Shown here one piece after another: positions 10,044-19,077 of a DNA stretch of 64,000 nt (within the stretch, counting starts at the first letter, position 1; each line of letters opens with the position of its first letter). The notes below the pieces were generated by a model that saw only the letters and a list, made by a program, of their open reading frames with translations, had not been told where the DNA came from and ran no database searches. Made by a program: the position numbers and the translations under genes. The stretch is from positions 103,985 through 167,984 of the forward strand of contig CAVZTL010000005.1 in NCBI GenBank assembly GCA_963778215.1, in the 5' to 3' direction. This DNA is from an uncultured Actinomycetota bacterium (GTDB taxonomy: Bacteria > Actinomycetota > Thermoleophilia > Solirubrobacterales > Solirubrobacteraceae).

Positions 10044-10145
10044 ATGATTGTGTGGACCAACGGTGCATTCGGTAGCGGCAAGGCGACCCTTACCGGCCGC
10101 CGAATTGCAGCACAGACGCGGCGTCGGTCACTCAGTCTGAAATGA
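10044..10145 (+). pseudogene. N-terminal fragment of a TmrB-like P-loop nucleotide kinase
   Basis: GGAGGGG RBS, then MIVWTNGAFGSGKATL (Walker A degenerate), stop after 33 aa. Confidence 0.55.
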
Positions 10146-10730
10146 GCGATCCACGGCAAGCGCGACTTGCTCGCGCGAGCGAGCCTGGACCGCCGAACTC
10201 AGCGCCACTTGCCATTGTTCGGGCGTAGCTGCGGGACATCTCAGCCCGAGGCCAGCCAGGACCGCGCGCTGATCGACATGAGGGGCTATCTGTTCGGCTC
10301 GGCGCTGAGCGGCAATGTGCTGCGCACGCGGTAATTGAGTCCGCCCCGCCGCCCCAGCGAGTGCCATGAGATCGTCGGCGACCCTCGGCACAGCCCGGCG
10401 CGCGCACTTCTCCCACGGCGCATCGGCCGCCGAATCGACGATCACCTGGCGGACGACCCGCCAGCCGGCGTGATGCGAGTCGCAACGTGCGACAAGAAAC
10501 CGGGCGAGGGCGTCGGCGACCTGTTGGTTGTCGGGCTCAGACCCGTGAACGTCGAGATGTCGTAGCGCCGCGCCCACCTGGCGACCTCGGTCCACCGCTC
10601 TGGCCAGGTCACGCGCGGTGGCACTCGGTCTGTCTCGTGCAGTATCGATCCACCCACCGTACCGGTCCGAAGATCCGTGGATGGCAACGGCGGCAAAACC
10701 GATGCGCCCGCGCGATCCGCAGTCGTGCAC
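10128..10730 (-). CDS. Hypothetical protein (start uncertain)
   Basis: 200-aa ORF filling the gap; helical-looking sequence, no recognised motif. Confidence 0.35.
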   Translation of the reverse strand: MHDCGSRGRIGFAAVAIHGSSDRYGGWIDTARDRPSATARDLARAVDRGRQVGAALRHLDVHGSEPDNQQVADALARFLVARCDSHHAGWRVVRQVIVDSAADAPWEKCARRAVPRVADDLMALAGAAGRTQLPRAQHIAAQRRAEQIAPHVDQRAVLAGLGLRCPAATPEQWQVALSSAVQARSREQVALAVDRSFQTE

Positions 10731-10752
10731 TCAAGCGCGATAGGCTCGGGTT

Positions 10753-11073
10753 ATGGCCACCCAGGCAATTGGCTCTCTTGTGAGCGTCAACAGCGGCGAC
10801 GGGGTCGCGCTTGACGGGATTGTGTTCGATACGCCCAGTCGCCTCAAGGTCGTTGTGGCAGTGGTCGATCCCGGCCGTGGTCCAGGGTTCCGGACGGTGC
10901 ACCCGGGAACGCTGACCGAGCGCGAGCGCGAGGGCTCCGACGACGCGTCACTGCGGATGCTCATCCGCCGCACCCCGGCGCCCGCTCGTGGTGCGGCGCC
11001 AGGCGGCGCCGGTGTTCGGAAGGGTGCGGCAGGTTTCACTCGTGGAGCGAGCCACCGCTCTACCGGCCGATAG
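10753..11073 (+). CDS. Small hypothetical protein
   Basis: Beta-rich N-terminal part (LDGIVFDTPSRLKVVVAVVDPGRG) with basic Gly/Arg tail; plausible codon usage. Confidence 0.65.
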   Translation: MATQAIGSLVSVNSGDGVALDGIVFDTPSRLKVVVAVVDPGRGPGFRTVHPGTLTEREREGSDDASLRMLIRRTPAPARGAAPGGAGVRKGAAGFTRGASHRSTGR

Positions 11074-11207
11074 GCTGCCCCAAACAAGGCGGTCGCAACG
11101 CCACGATCACGGGAGCCGGAGCGCGACCGGCTGGCGAGCTCGGCACCGGCACCGACGCCGCAAACGGCCCACGTGTGAATTGAGGTCTTCGTCCTAGCCG
11201 CCGACAT

Positions 11208-12689
11208 ATGGGTCAGGATGAAAAGCAGAGAACGGGTAGGGCGGGCGGTGATTGGATGAACCGCGCGCCTGGGCGGCTATCACGAGCCCGCGACTTTTGG
11301 CGGTGGTGCAGCTTGCTTCCGTGTATCGGCGCCGTGCCTGGGTGTGTCGTGCTGGCCAAGCGCAGGCGCACGCTTTGGGCGTTCGGCATGGGTGCGGTCA
11401 CGGCTCTGTGGTTTGTGCTTTTCGCGGTTGCGGGCGCCACCAGTTCGAACGCCGGAGGTTCGAACGCCGCAGCGACCGCGGTCGGCCTCGCGGTCCTCGT
11501 GCTTTACGTCATTCAGGTCATCTCGGTGTTCTGCGCGCCTGCTGCGACGCCCGGCGCCGGCCCGACGCCACGCGGGGCAGGCTGGCTGTGGTTGTCTGTG
11601 ATCCCCCTGCTTGGCTCCTGGCTACCGGCACTCGCCGGGCTGCGCGCCCGCGTGTGGTGGTGGGTGGTGCTCGGTCTGGCTTGTCAGGGAGTCGCGATCG
11701 GCGCGACCGTTCAGCTGGCCAGGTCAAATGACCCCAGCACCGTCTACACGGACAAGCTGAGTGCCCTGTGGTGGGGCGCCTGGCTGGGCGGCGTGCTCGT
11801 CTCCATGCTGATCCGTCCGGAGTACCAGCGGCGCGTGCTCGGCACAGTGACCAAGCCCAACTGGCCGGCGCCGACGGACCGGGCCCGGGCACTCACCTGG
11901 CGCTACGCACTCGCAGCGTACGTTTGCGCGCTGGCCCTGATCGCGGCGATTGTCGCGGCCGAGAACCTATCCAGCAACCTCGTCTTGCAGGGCGTCACGC
12001 TCATTCTTGGCGAAACGCTGATCATCGTGCTCTTGGTTCCGATAGTCCGCTCGCGGCGGCTGCGCCCCCGGGACTTCGGGCTACGGCGAACCATCCCCAC
12101 CCCGAGCGCGGGTTACGCCGTCCTCGCACTGATCGGCTACGTGGTGGCGATTTGCATCTGGATCGTGCTGATCCCGCAGACCACTAACCAGGCAGCGCAC
12201 AAACTGACCGCGGTCACTCACCACCCGGGCACGCTCGCGGCCGTGCTGATCGTCGTTGGACTGGCGGTCTTCGCCCCACTCTGCGAAGAGGTGTTCTTCC
12301 GCGGAATGCTCTACCGCAGCTTGCGTAACCGCTTGTCGCTATGGCCAGCAGCATTGATAGCCGGCTCGCTGTTCGGCCTGATCCACATCTTCGCGTACCC
12401 GCTGAACACGATCCCGATCAAGATCATCTTCGGCATCCTCATGTGCCTACTCTACGAACGTACCGGCTCGCTGCTGCCCGGGATCGCGGTGCACTCATTC
12501 GTCGACGGCACCGCAGCGGACGTCGCTGTCACAGGCAACGCCTACGCCGCGCTAGGCCTCTACGGCCTGCTCCTGGTCCTCGTGCTCGCGCTGCGAGCCA
12601 AGCGCACCCGTCCGATCGCCACTGGGCCGCCGGTAAGCGAAAGCCAGCCGCAAACACCGCTTAGTCACACCACCGAGCAACAAGTGTGA
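11208..12689 (+). CDS. CPBP (CAAX/Abi) intramembrane metalloprotease with long N-terminal membrane extension
   Basis: APLCEEVFFRG, FGLIH, YERTGSLLPGIAVHSFVD motifs; many TM segments. Confidence 0.88.
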   Translation: MGQDEKQRTGRAGGDWMNRAPGRLSRARDFWRWCSLLPCIGAVPGCVVLAKRRRTLWAFGMGAVTALWFVLFAVAGATSSNAGGSNAAATAVGLAVLVLYVIQVISVFCAPAATPGAGPTPRGAGWLWLSVIPLLGSWLPALAGLRARVWWWVVLGLACQGVAIGATVQLARSNDPSTVYTDKLSALWWGAWLGGVLVSMLIRPEYQRRVLGTVTKPNWPAPTDRARALTWRYALAAYVCALALIAAIVAAENLSSNLVLQGVTLILGETLIIVLLVPIVRSRRLRPRDFGLRRTIPTPSAGYAVLALIGYVVAICIWIVLIPQTTNQAAHKLTAVTHHPGTLAAVLIVVGLAVFAPLCEEVFFRGMLYRSLRNRLSLWPAALIAGSLFGLIHIFAYPLNTIPIKIIFGILMCLLYERTGSLLPGIAVHSFVDGTAADVAVTGNAYAALGLYGLLLVLVLALRAKRTRPIATGPPVSESQPQTPLSHTTEQQV

Positions 12690-12696
12690 GCGGGTA

Positions 12697-13293
12697 CTAA
12701 CGAACCTGCCAGGCCTCGACGGCCCGCTCGAGTTGCTGCCGGTAGCGCGTCCAGTCCTTGGCCAGCGTCGCGGCGACGAGTACGCTCGCGGCCGTCCGAC
12801 CCTGGACGAAGCAGGCGATCTCCCGGTAGTGGTTGGAATGGATCGTGGTGACGTAGTCATCCATAACGCATGATCCGTGGCCGCCGTGAAACGGTACGTC
12901 GAAGGCTTTGGCGTCCTGGCGAACCCAGCGGTTCTGGTCCACACGAAGGTGGGCGATACGGAAGCTTGGCCAGTCGCTCAGCCGTTCGCCCCCGGTCTTC
13001 GGTCCGGCGTTGAGATAGAGCAGGTCGGCGTTGTGGGGACCTGTCAACGCGACCGTGACCGAGTACGGATCGCCAGAGAGTCGTTTCATAGACGGCGGAT
13101 ACCACAGCCGCGAACCGCGGGCCTTCGGGACCAAGAGCCGCCAGCCCGAAGGCGTCGGAGCGGGCTTGAGCGAACTCAGCGAGAACCCGGGAGTCGCCGT
13201 CGCGCCGCCGGCAAACCCTACGGCCGCTACGGCGAGGGTCACGGCAAGGCTGGTCAGCTGTCTGCGTACGAGGTTGATCAACACAACCAGCAT
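12697..13293 (-). CDS. Secreted hypothetical protein
   Basis: Signal-like N-terminus (RRQLTSLAVTLAVAAVGFAGGATA), two Cys, ORF ends at TAG. Confidence 0.6.
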   Translation of the reverse strand: MLVVLINLVRRQLTSLAVTLAVAAVGFAGGATATPGFSLSSLKPAPTPSGWRLLVPKARGSRLWYPPSMKRLSGDPYSVTVALTGPHNADLLYLNAGPKTGGERLSDWPSFRIAHLRVDQNRWVRQDAKAFDVPFHGGHGSCVMDDYVTTIHSNHYREIACFVQGRTAASVLVAATLAKDWTRYRQQLERAVEAWQVR

Positions 13294-13348
13294 TTTTGCA
13301 TGCCTGGGGTGTGCTTGTCTGCCGCGACCAAGGTGATAGCGTCGCGCT

Positions 13349-14095
13349 GTGGGCGGTAGTGACGCGGCGCGAGTTCGTAGGCGACCCTGGCGTTGTCCAC
13401 GCCGCGGGAAGGTCGTGTGGGCTGCCCCGATCGCGGCGATCGGGCTGACGGCGGCTGCGGTGTGGGGTCCCGGCGTGGCGCGAGCGGCAACGCCAACGAG
13501 GGTCACCGCCACGATCACGAACTCCCGGATCGGGTTCGCCCCGAGCTACGTGCCGACGGGAACGGTTGTGATCACCGTCGTCAACCGAACCAAGGCCCGG
13601 CGCGACTTCGGCGCCGGCGCGCGGCAGACGGGTGGGATTGCGGCCGGGCGGTCAGGACGGCTGACCGTGACCTTTTCCGGAAGCGGCGAGCGGCGATTTT
13701 CGTCGGTCGCGGTGGCCGGTTCGCGCCACATCACGGGTGGGTCACGTCGCCTTACGGCCGCCCTCCACCTGTACAAGCCCTGCAGCGACCCGTCCGCGAC
13801 GACGGTGGACGTGCAAATCGACCGGTCCGCTGGCGGGCTCACGCTCTCGCCAACTACGGTGCCCTGCGGGACGGTCACCTTCGACGTCACCGATGTCGAC
13901 AGTCCGAACGCTCGGCTGCTCGTCTCGGCCGACGCGCCGCCACGGTCGGGCGTGGCGGCGCAGCTCAATCCGGGTGGTACGGCCACGTTGATAATCGACT
14001 TCCCGGCAGCCGCGCTCGTTCAGTGCGGTGCCGTCCAGGTCGGCGGCGATGGAATCGTCACCGTGATCGGAGAGGGCTCGGTCGCCGTCAACTAG
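13349..14095 (+). CDS. Secreted protein with two cupredoxin-like (EfeO-type) beta domains
   Basis: Signal peptide; repeated FAPSYVPTGTVVITVVN / LSPTTVPCGTVTFDVTD and IAAGRSGRLTVTF / LNPGGTATLIIDF strands. Confidence 0.6.
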   Translation: MGGSDAARVRRRPWRCPRRGKVVWAAPIAAIGLTAAAVWGPGVARAATPTRVTATITNSRIGFAPSYVPTGTVVITVVNRTKARRDFGAGARQTGGIAAGRSGRLTVTFSGSGERRFSSVAVAGSRHITGGSRRLTAALHLYKPCSDPSATTVDVQIDRSAGGLTLSPTTVPCGTVTFDVTDVDSPNARLLVSADAPPRSGVAAQLNPGGTATLIIDFPAAALVQCGAVQVGGDGIVTVIGEGSVAVN

Positions 14096-14180
14096 CCTGC
14101 AGCCCGCTGGCAGCCTCTGATCCGCGCGGTCTCGGTGTGGAAGCCTCGATCCGTCGAGGCTTCCACACGATACGGCGGCC

Positions 14181-14405
14181 CTACGCCGGCATCGGTTCCT
14201 GCGGGCGGGCTTCGAACGTGTAGTTCTCAGCGGGCTCGAGGAAGTCGTGAATGGCCGCCCGGGTCTCTTCGGTGTCCGGATGCCCATGCACTGAGGTCGC
14301 GTGCGCGGTTGCAGCACGCACGACCTCGTCCTCCTCGCCGATGATCACAAGCGAGCAGTTGCTCTCGCTCGGGAACCGACGACAGTCGGCCATCATGCGG
14401 GTCAT
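14181..14405 (-). CDS. DUF1059-family small metal-binding protein
   Basis: [37 protein letters not shown]; strong AGGGAGG RBS. Confidence 0.85.
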   Translation of the reverse strand: MTRMMADCRRFPSESNCSLVIIGEEDEVVRAATAHATSVHGHPDTEETRAAIHDFLEPAENYTFEARPQEPMPA

Positions 14406-14568
14406 TGGTCCCTCCCTTTGTTTAGGTTGGCCCGCCACAGATCGTCGCGCGCCGAAGCGCCCCCGTCAACTCCATTCCGTACGACCGCAAATCCGCTCAG
14501 CCGGCGTCGTCGTCGGTAGGTTCTGCCCGCCTACGAGCATCCAACCCTCGGTGGGCTACGGTGAAAGC

Positions 14569-15660
14569 ATGACTAACACTGAGATCAATATGCCGGCCGC
14601 GCTGCCGGGGACGACCACCGCCCATGCCTACGGCGCCCAGGCGGCCGATGCGGCGCTTGCGCCCCTGCAGATCGAGCGCCGAGAGCTGGGCCCCAAGGAC
14701 GTGCGTATCGACATCAAGTTTTGTGGCATCTGCCACTCCGATATCCACTTCACGCGCGGCGAATGGGGCCAGGTGCCCTATCCGGCGATCCCGGGCCATG
14801 AAATAGCCGGCATCGTTGCCGGCGTCGGGGACCAGGTGGCTGGCTTCCAGCCCGGTGATCGTGTCGGCGTCGGCTGCATGGTCAACTCCTGTGGCGAGTG
14901 CGCTAACTGCCAGCGTGGGGAGGAGCAGTACTGCCTGAAAGGCAACACGGGGACCTACGGCTCAACCGATCGTGACGGGACGGTCACCTACGGCGGCTAC
15001 TCAGACCACATAATCGTCGACGAGAGTTTTGTCTTGCGCATTCCGGACAGCCTCGAGCTGGAGGTCGCCGCACCGCTCCTGTGCGCCGGAATCACCACGT
15101 ACTCGCCGCTGCGTCACTGGGGCGCCGGTCCCGGCAAGCAGATCGCCGTCGTGGGGCTCGGCGGACTCGGTCACATGGCGGTCAAGCTCGCCGCAGCGAT
15201 GGGCGCCGAGGTCACCGTTCTCTCGCAGTCGCTGCGCAAGAAGGACGATGGCCTCAAGCTCGGCGCTGCCGGTTACTACGCCACCAGCGACGACGAGACC
15301 TTCGAGCAGCTCGCTGGGCGTTTTGACCTCATCATCAACACGGTCAGTGCAAAGCTCGAGATCGGACGCTTTCTAGGACTGTTGAAAACCGACGGCGCCC
15401 TCGTCAACGTGGGCGCCCCGCCCGAGCCGCTACCGGTCCCGGTCTTCCCGCTGCTCATGCAGCGCCGGAGCTTCGCGGGCTCCGCGATCGGTGGAATCCG
15501 CGAGACACAGGAGATGCTCGACTTCTGCGCCGAGCACCAGATCGGGGCAGAGATCGAGCTGATCTCCGCGGAGGGGATCAACGAGGCCTGGGAACGGGTG
15601 CTCAAGTCCGATGTCCGTTACCGGTTCGTGATCGACAACGCGACCCTCCCCGGGGACTGA
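14569..15660 (+). CDS. Zn-dependent NAD(P)H alcohol dehydrogenase (YahK/AdhC/CAD type)
   Basis: [52 protein letters not shown]. Confidence 0.96.
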   Translation: MTNTEINMPAALPGTTTAHAYGAQAADAALAPLQIERRELGPKDVRIDIKFCGICHSDIHFTRGEWGQVPYPAIPGHEIAGIVAGVGDQVAGFQPGDRVGVGCMVNSCGECANCQRGEEQYCLKGNTGTYGSTDRDGTVTYGGYSDHIIVDESFVLRIPDSLELEVAAPLLCAGITTYSPLRHWGAGPGKQIAVVGLGGLGHMAVKLAAAMGAEVTVLSQSLRKKDDGLKLGAAGYYATSDDETFEQLAGRFDLIINTVSAKLEIGRFLGLLKTDGALVNVGAPPEPLPVPVFPLLMQRRSFAGSAIGGIRETQEMLDFCAEHQIGAEIELISAEGINEAWERVLKSDVRYRFVIDNATLPGD

Positions 15661-15687
15661 CTGATCGGCTTCGACTGACGCGCGCAC

Positions 15688-15722
15688 CTAAGAGGGTGGC
15701 GCAACATGCGCCACCCTCTTAG
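15688..15722. repeat. Perfect 16-bp inverted repeat (terminator or REP-like)
   Basis: CTAAGAGGGTGGCGCA-ACA-TGCGCCACCCTCTTAG. Confidence 0.75.
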
Positions 15723-15782
15723 CCCTACTGCGCCGGTGTCAGCGGCAAGCCCGGCCCCCACCCCTGAGGCGAAAGAGAAAGC

Positions 15783-16595
15783 GTGTTTCCGCAGCTCAGC
15801 GGCGCTACCCGGCTGTACCCGATCATCGGAGACCCGGTGAAGTACGCCGAGTCTCCAGTGCGTCTGACCACCACGTTTCGCGAGCGTGGCCACAACGGTC
15901 TGTGCCTCCCGATGCAGGTCGGCCAGGACGACCTCGATGTCGTCATGTCGGCCCTCACTGTCCTGTCGAACGTTGACGGGATCCTGGTGACGATGCCCCA
16001 CAAAGCCAACGCCTTCGCCTACTGCACCACCGTCTCCGAGCGAGCCGGGAAGCTCCAGGTCGTCAGCGTCATGCGGCGCAACCCAGACGGGACCTGGCAC
16101 GGCGACACACTGGACGGACTCGCCTTCGTCAAGGCGCAAACGGATCACGGCGCTCACGTGGACGGTGCCCGGGCCCTCCTCATCGGCGCCGGCAGTGCCG
16201 GCGGCCAAATCGCGCTAGCCCTGGTTGAGGTGGGTATCCGCGAGCTCGTCGTCTCCGACGCCAGCCAATCCAATGTGTCCGCCCTGGTCGAGCTGCTCGC
16301 GGGCCTAGGGGAAAGCCGAGTCACCGCTGGGCCCCCGGACCCTGGTGGTTGTGACCTCGTGTTCAACGCCACGCCGCTGGGCATGGCGGAAGGAGACCCG
16401 CTCCCGCTCGATACGACCCGGCTGACCCCGTCAATGTTCGTCGGCGACGTAATCGCGGGGCACGGCGTGACTCCGTTCATCAAGGCCGCCCGGGAGGCTG
16501 GCTGTCCCGTGGCCACCGGCGTGCATATGGTCGAAGCGGGTCAGGCTCTGATGGCCGACTTCATGCTTGGCCAGGAGCCGAGTTCGGGCGACTGA
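15783..16595 (+). CDS. Shikimate dehydrogenase-family protein (AroE-like paralog)
   Basis: IIGDPV, VTMPHK, GAGSAG, NATPLGM. Confidence 0.9.
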   Translation: MFPQLSGATRLYPIIGDPVKYAESPVRLTTTFRERGHNGLCLPMQVGQDDLDVVMSALTVLSNVDGILVTMPHKANAFAYCTTVSERAGKLQVVSVMRRNPDGTWHGDTLDGLAFVKAQTDHGAHVDGARALLIGAGSAGGQIALALVEVGIRELVVSDASQSNVSALVELLAGLGESRVTAGPPDPGGCDLVFNATPLGMAEGDPLPLDTTRLTPSMFVGDVIAGHGVTPFIKAAREAGCPVATGVHMVEAGQALMADFMLGQEPSSGD

Positions 16596-16682
16596 GGCTG
16601 CCGACGGGTTCGCGGGCGAGTTGCCAGCCAAAGGTAAGAACGTCGCTGCGCAGTCCACTCCTGCGTCCGTCTTGCCGAAGCA

Positions 16683-17690
16683 TCAGACACGGGCCAGCTT
16701 TCCGAGCAGGTCCGTCTCCCGTTCGGCCGATATCCCGGACTTGCGGACTCGCTCGAGACCCTGCTCCCGCTCCCACATGAGGATGTCCGTGATGGTTTCA
16801 CCGGTGGGCCTGTGCGCCAGCCCGGCCCTCGCCGCCGCATCGCCGCTGCGTGCGCAGAATCCTTGCCAATCAGGGTCGGCGATCCAAAGCGGCAGCGCCT
16901 CGGGCCCCATGAACTCAGCCACACCCTGCGCCAGCAGCCAGTCGTCGCTCGCGCGGACTACGCCGCCCGTGTGTCCGCCGATTCTTTGCGAGAGCCCGAT
17001 CCATTCGTCCAGCGCGATCATGGGTCCCACCGCGTCGTAGATTCCCACGGTTCGACTCTCGACGCAGTCGATCAGCCACGCGGCGAGGTCCCGGTAGTCG
17101 ATCACCTGCGTCACCGCCTGCGGGCTGTCAGGCACCAGAATCGGCGCCAGTGGGTTACGTGCCGCGCGAGCTACCCAGTAGCCGGCGCGGTCGCTGCTGT
17201 CGCCGGGGCCACCGATCAAACCCGAGCGCACGACCAGCAAGTTCGCCGCGCCTCCGGATTGGCAGGCAAGCTCACAGGCGACCTTCGCCTCGCCGTAAAG
17301 ATCCAGGCCAACCTCGTCCAGTTCGGTCGGCGTGAGCAGCTCAGCGGTCTCGTCCGCGCCTCGGGCGGCGTGTGAGGCATAGACGCTGCCAGACGACACG
17401 TAAATCCATTGACCAGTCCGCTTATGCAGCGACCTGAGCGCCGAGCGCACGAACCCCGGCTGCCACGTGACATCAACCACGGCATCCCAGTTACGGTCGC
17501 GCACCTGGTCATACGCGCGTTCGGAACGGCGATCCGCCTGGATCAGCGTGGCTCCCGCTGGCGCCGGGCCGCTCTCCCCTCGGGCCAGGCACCACGCCAC
17601 GTGTCCGCGGCCGACCGCCTCGCGACATATCTGTCGCCCGAGCCACGCGGTGCCGCCGAGGACGAGGATCTTGAGCTGAGAACCTGACAT
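16683..17690 (-). CDS. NAD-dependent epimerase/dehydratase (extended SDR)
   Basis: ILVLGGTAWLG, YVSSGSVY, YGEAKVACE, RSGLIGGPGD. Confidence 0.92.
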   Translation of the reverse strand: MSGSQLKILVLGGTAWLGRQICREAVGRGHVAWCLARGESGPAPAGATLIQADRRSERAYDQVRDRNWDAVVDVTWQPGFVRSALRSLHKRTGQWIYVSSGSVYASHAARGADETAELLTPTELDEVGLDLYGEAKVACELACQSGGAANLLVVRSGLIGGPGDSSDRAGYWVARAARNPLAPILVPDSPQAVTQVIDYRDLAAWLIDCVESRTVGIYDAVGPMIALDEWIGLSQRIGGHTGGVVRASDDWLLAQGVAEFMGPEALPLWIADPDWQGFCARSGDAAARAGLAHRPTGETITDILMWEREQGLERVRKSGISAERETDLLGKLARV

Positions 17691-17852
17691 CAAGGTCGGC
17701 ACTCTACGACGCCCCAGGGGCAAGCCACGGGGGCAGGCCCGCGCCGGCTGAGGCGGCGGTGCTGCGTCCGATAACGTCGTCCTGGGATGAAAGACTCGTA
17801 ATGTGCGAGACGGGCATCCTGCCAAGAGCGGTCAACGAAGCGAGCCGTTTCC

Positions 17853-17880
17853 TCATGCGCACCATTTGGCGCGCCGATGG
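17853..17880 (+). promoter_or_regulatory. Putative sigma28/WhiG-type promoter of the GH6-like gene
   Basis: TCAT-N16-GCCGAT. Confidence 0.45.
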
Positions 17881-17892
17881 GTTACTACCGAC

Positions 17893-19014
17893 GTGATCAA
17901 GCTCTTTCTGACTACCAAGACCAAGCCGTTCCCCCTGAGCCGCAGCTGGCGGGGCCCCGTGGCGATGCTGGCCGCGAGCGCCACCGCGCTCATGCTCGCG
18001 GTGCCGGCGGCCCAAGCGGGCGTCGCCAACCGTGGTTTGCCGGGCGCCGGGGCTGACCCCATCAGCGGTATGGCGTGGGGGACGCCGGGCGCGGCCGATG
18101 ACCTCGGCGGCGCGTACCAATCCGCGTCAGCATCGAACCGGTTGCTCCTGGGTAAGTTGGAACTGCGACCGCGGGCGCTGTGGCTCGGCTGGTGGTGGCC
18201 GGTCGGTCAGGTGCGCGCGGAAGCGGCGGCGACCGTGGCAGCCACACAGCACGGGAACCCGAACGCGCTCACAGAGTTCGCGACGTTCGAACTGCACCCC
18301 TGGGAGACACGGACGGCCAAGGGGACGTGGAAAGGGCCGGTCCACGGGTCCTGGAACGTCAGCGCCGACGAAGCCTGGTATCGCAACATGGCGGCGGGGA
18401 TCGGCCGGGCGCGGGCGCTGGTGATCGAGCAGGTCGACCTGCCCTTCGCGCGCAAGACCACCTCGACAGCCCCCGAGGTGATCGACACCTACGCCGCCCG
18501 CGTGCTGAGCGCCAACCCGCGCACCACGGTCTACATCGACGGGGGCACGTTCGGCTGGCTGACCCCCGCGCAGGACGCCTCGCTACTGATCGGAAACGGC
18601 ATTCGCTACGCCCGTGGGTTCGCGCTCAATGACACCGACTACGACCCAACGGCTGTCGAGGACCGGTTTGGCGCCCAGGTCGTCGAAGCGCTGGCCCAGC
18701 GCGGTGTGACGGGCAAGCACTTCATTGTTGACACGGTCGAGAACGGCCAGCCATACAAGCCCTCCCAGGTCCCCGGCCGCGGCATCAACGACGCGCCGAT
18801 GTGCCACGGCCAGGTCCAGACGGCCTGCCAGCGGACAGGGATCCCGCCGACCACGGACGTCGCGTCGCCGCTGTGGAATCTCGGCACTGCAGCCTCGACG
18901 GCGGCCAAGCTGTATTGCGACGGCTACGTGTGGTCCGGACGTCCCTGGGACATCGATGGCGGAGCGTTCGACCTTCAGTATGCGCTGTCGCTCGCGGCGA
19001 ACGGCGAGTACTGA
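17893..19014 (+). CDS. Secreted glycoside hydrolase family 6-like protein (divergent)
   Basis: Signal peptide; PRALWLGWW, VIEQVD, VYIDGGTFGW, GFALNDTDY, HFIVDTVENG, DGYVWSGRP. Confidence 0.75.
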   Translation: MIKLFLTTKTKPFPLSRSWRGPVAMLAASATALMLAVPAAQAGVANRGLPGAGADPISGMAWGTPGAADDLGGAYQSASASNRLLLGKLELRPRALWLGWWWPVGQVRAEAAATVAATQHGNPNALTEFATFELHPWETRTAKGTWKGPVHGSWNVSADEAWYRNMAAGIGRARALVIEQVDLPFARKTTSTAPEVIDTYAARVLSANPRTTVYIDGGTFGWLTPAQDASLLIGNGIRYARGFALNDTDYDPTAVEDRFGAQVVEALAQRGVTGKHFIVDTVENGQPYKPSQVPGRGINDAPMCHGQVQTACQRTGIPPTTDVASPLWNLGTAASTAAKLYCDGYVWSGRPWDIDGGAFDLQYALSLAANGEY

Positions 19015-19077
19015 GCCGGCTGGCCGAAGCGGTCCGGCGTGCGACCCACGCCCCGTTCAACAGGCGCTCTCCCCGCG

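Noticed and set aside
7918-10145. A true psilocybin-type biosynthetic cluster
   Set aside because: There is no P450/monooxygenase, the kinase is a 33-aa fragment of a different (P-loop) family, and the methyltransferase is a common bacterial type. Only the decarboxylase family link is supported.
11180-11207. Fourth sigma28-like promoter (TGAG-N15-GCCGAC)
   Set aside because: Weaker match, and too close to the annotated ATG to support without TSS data.
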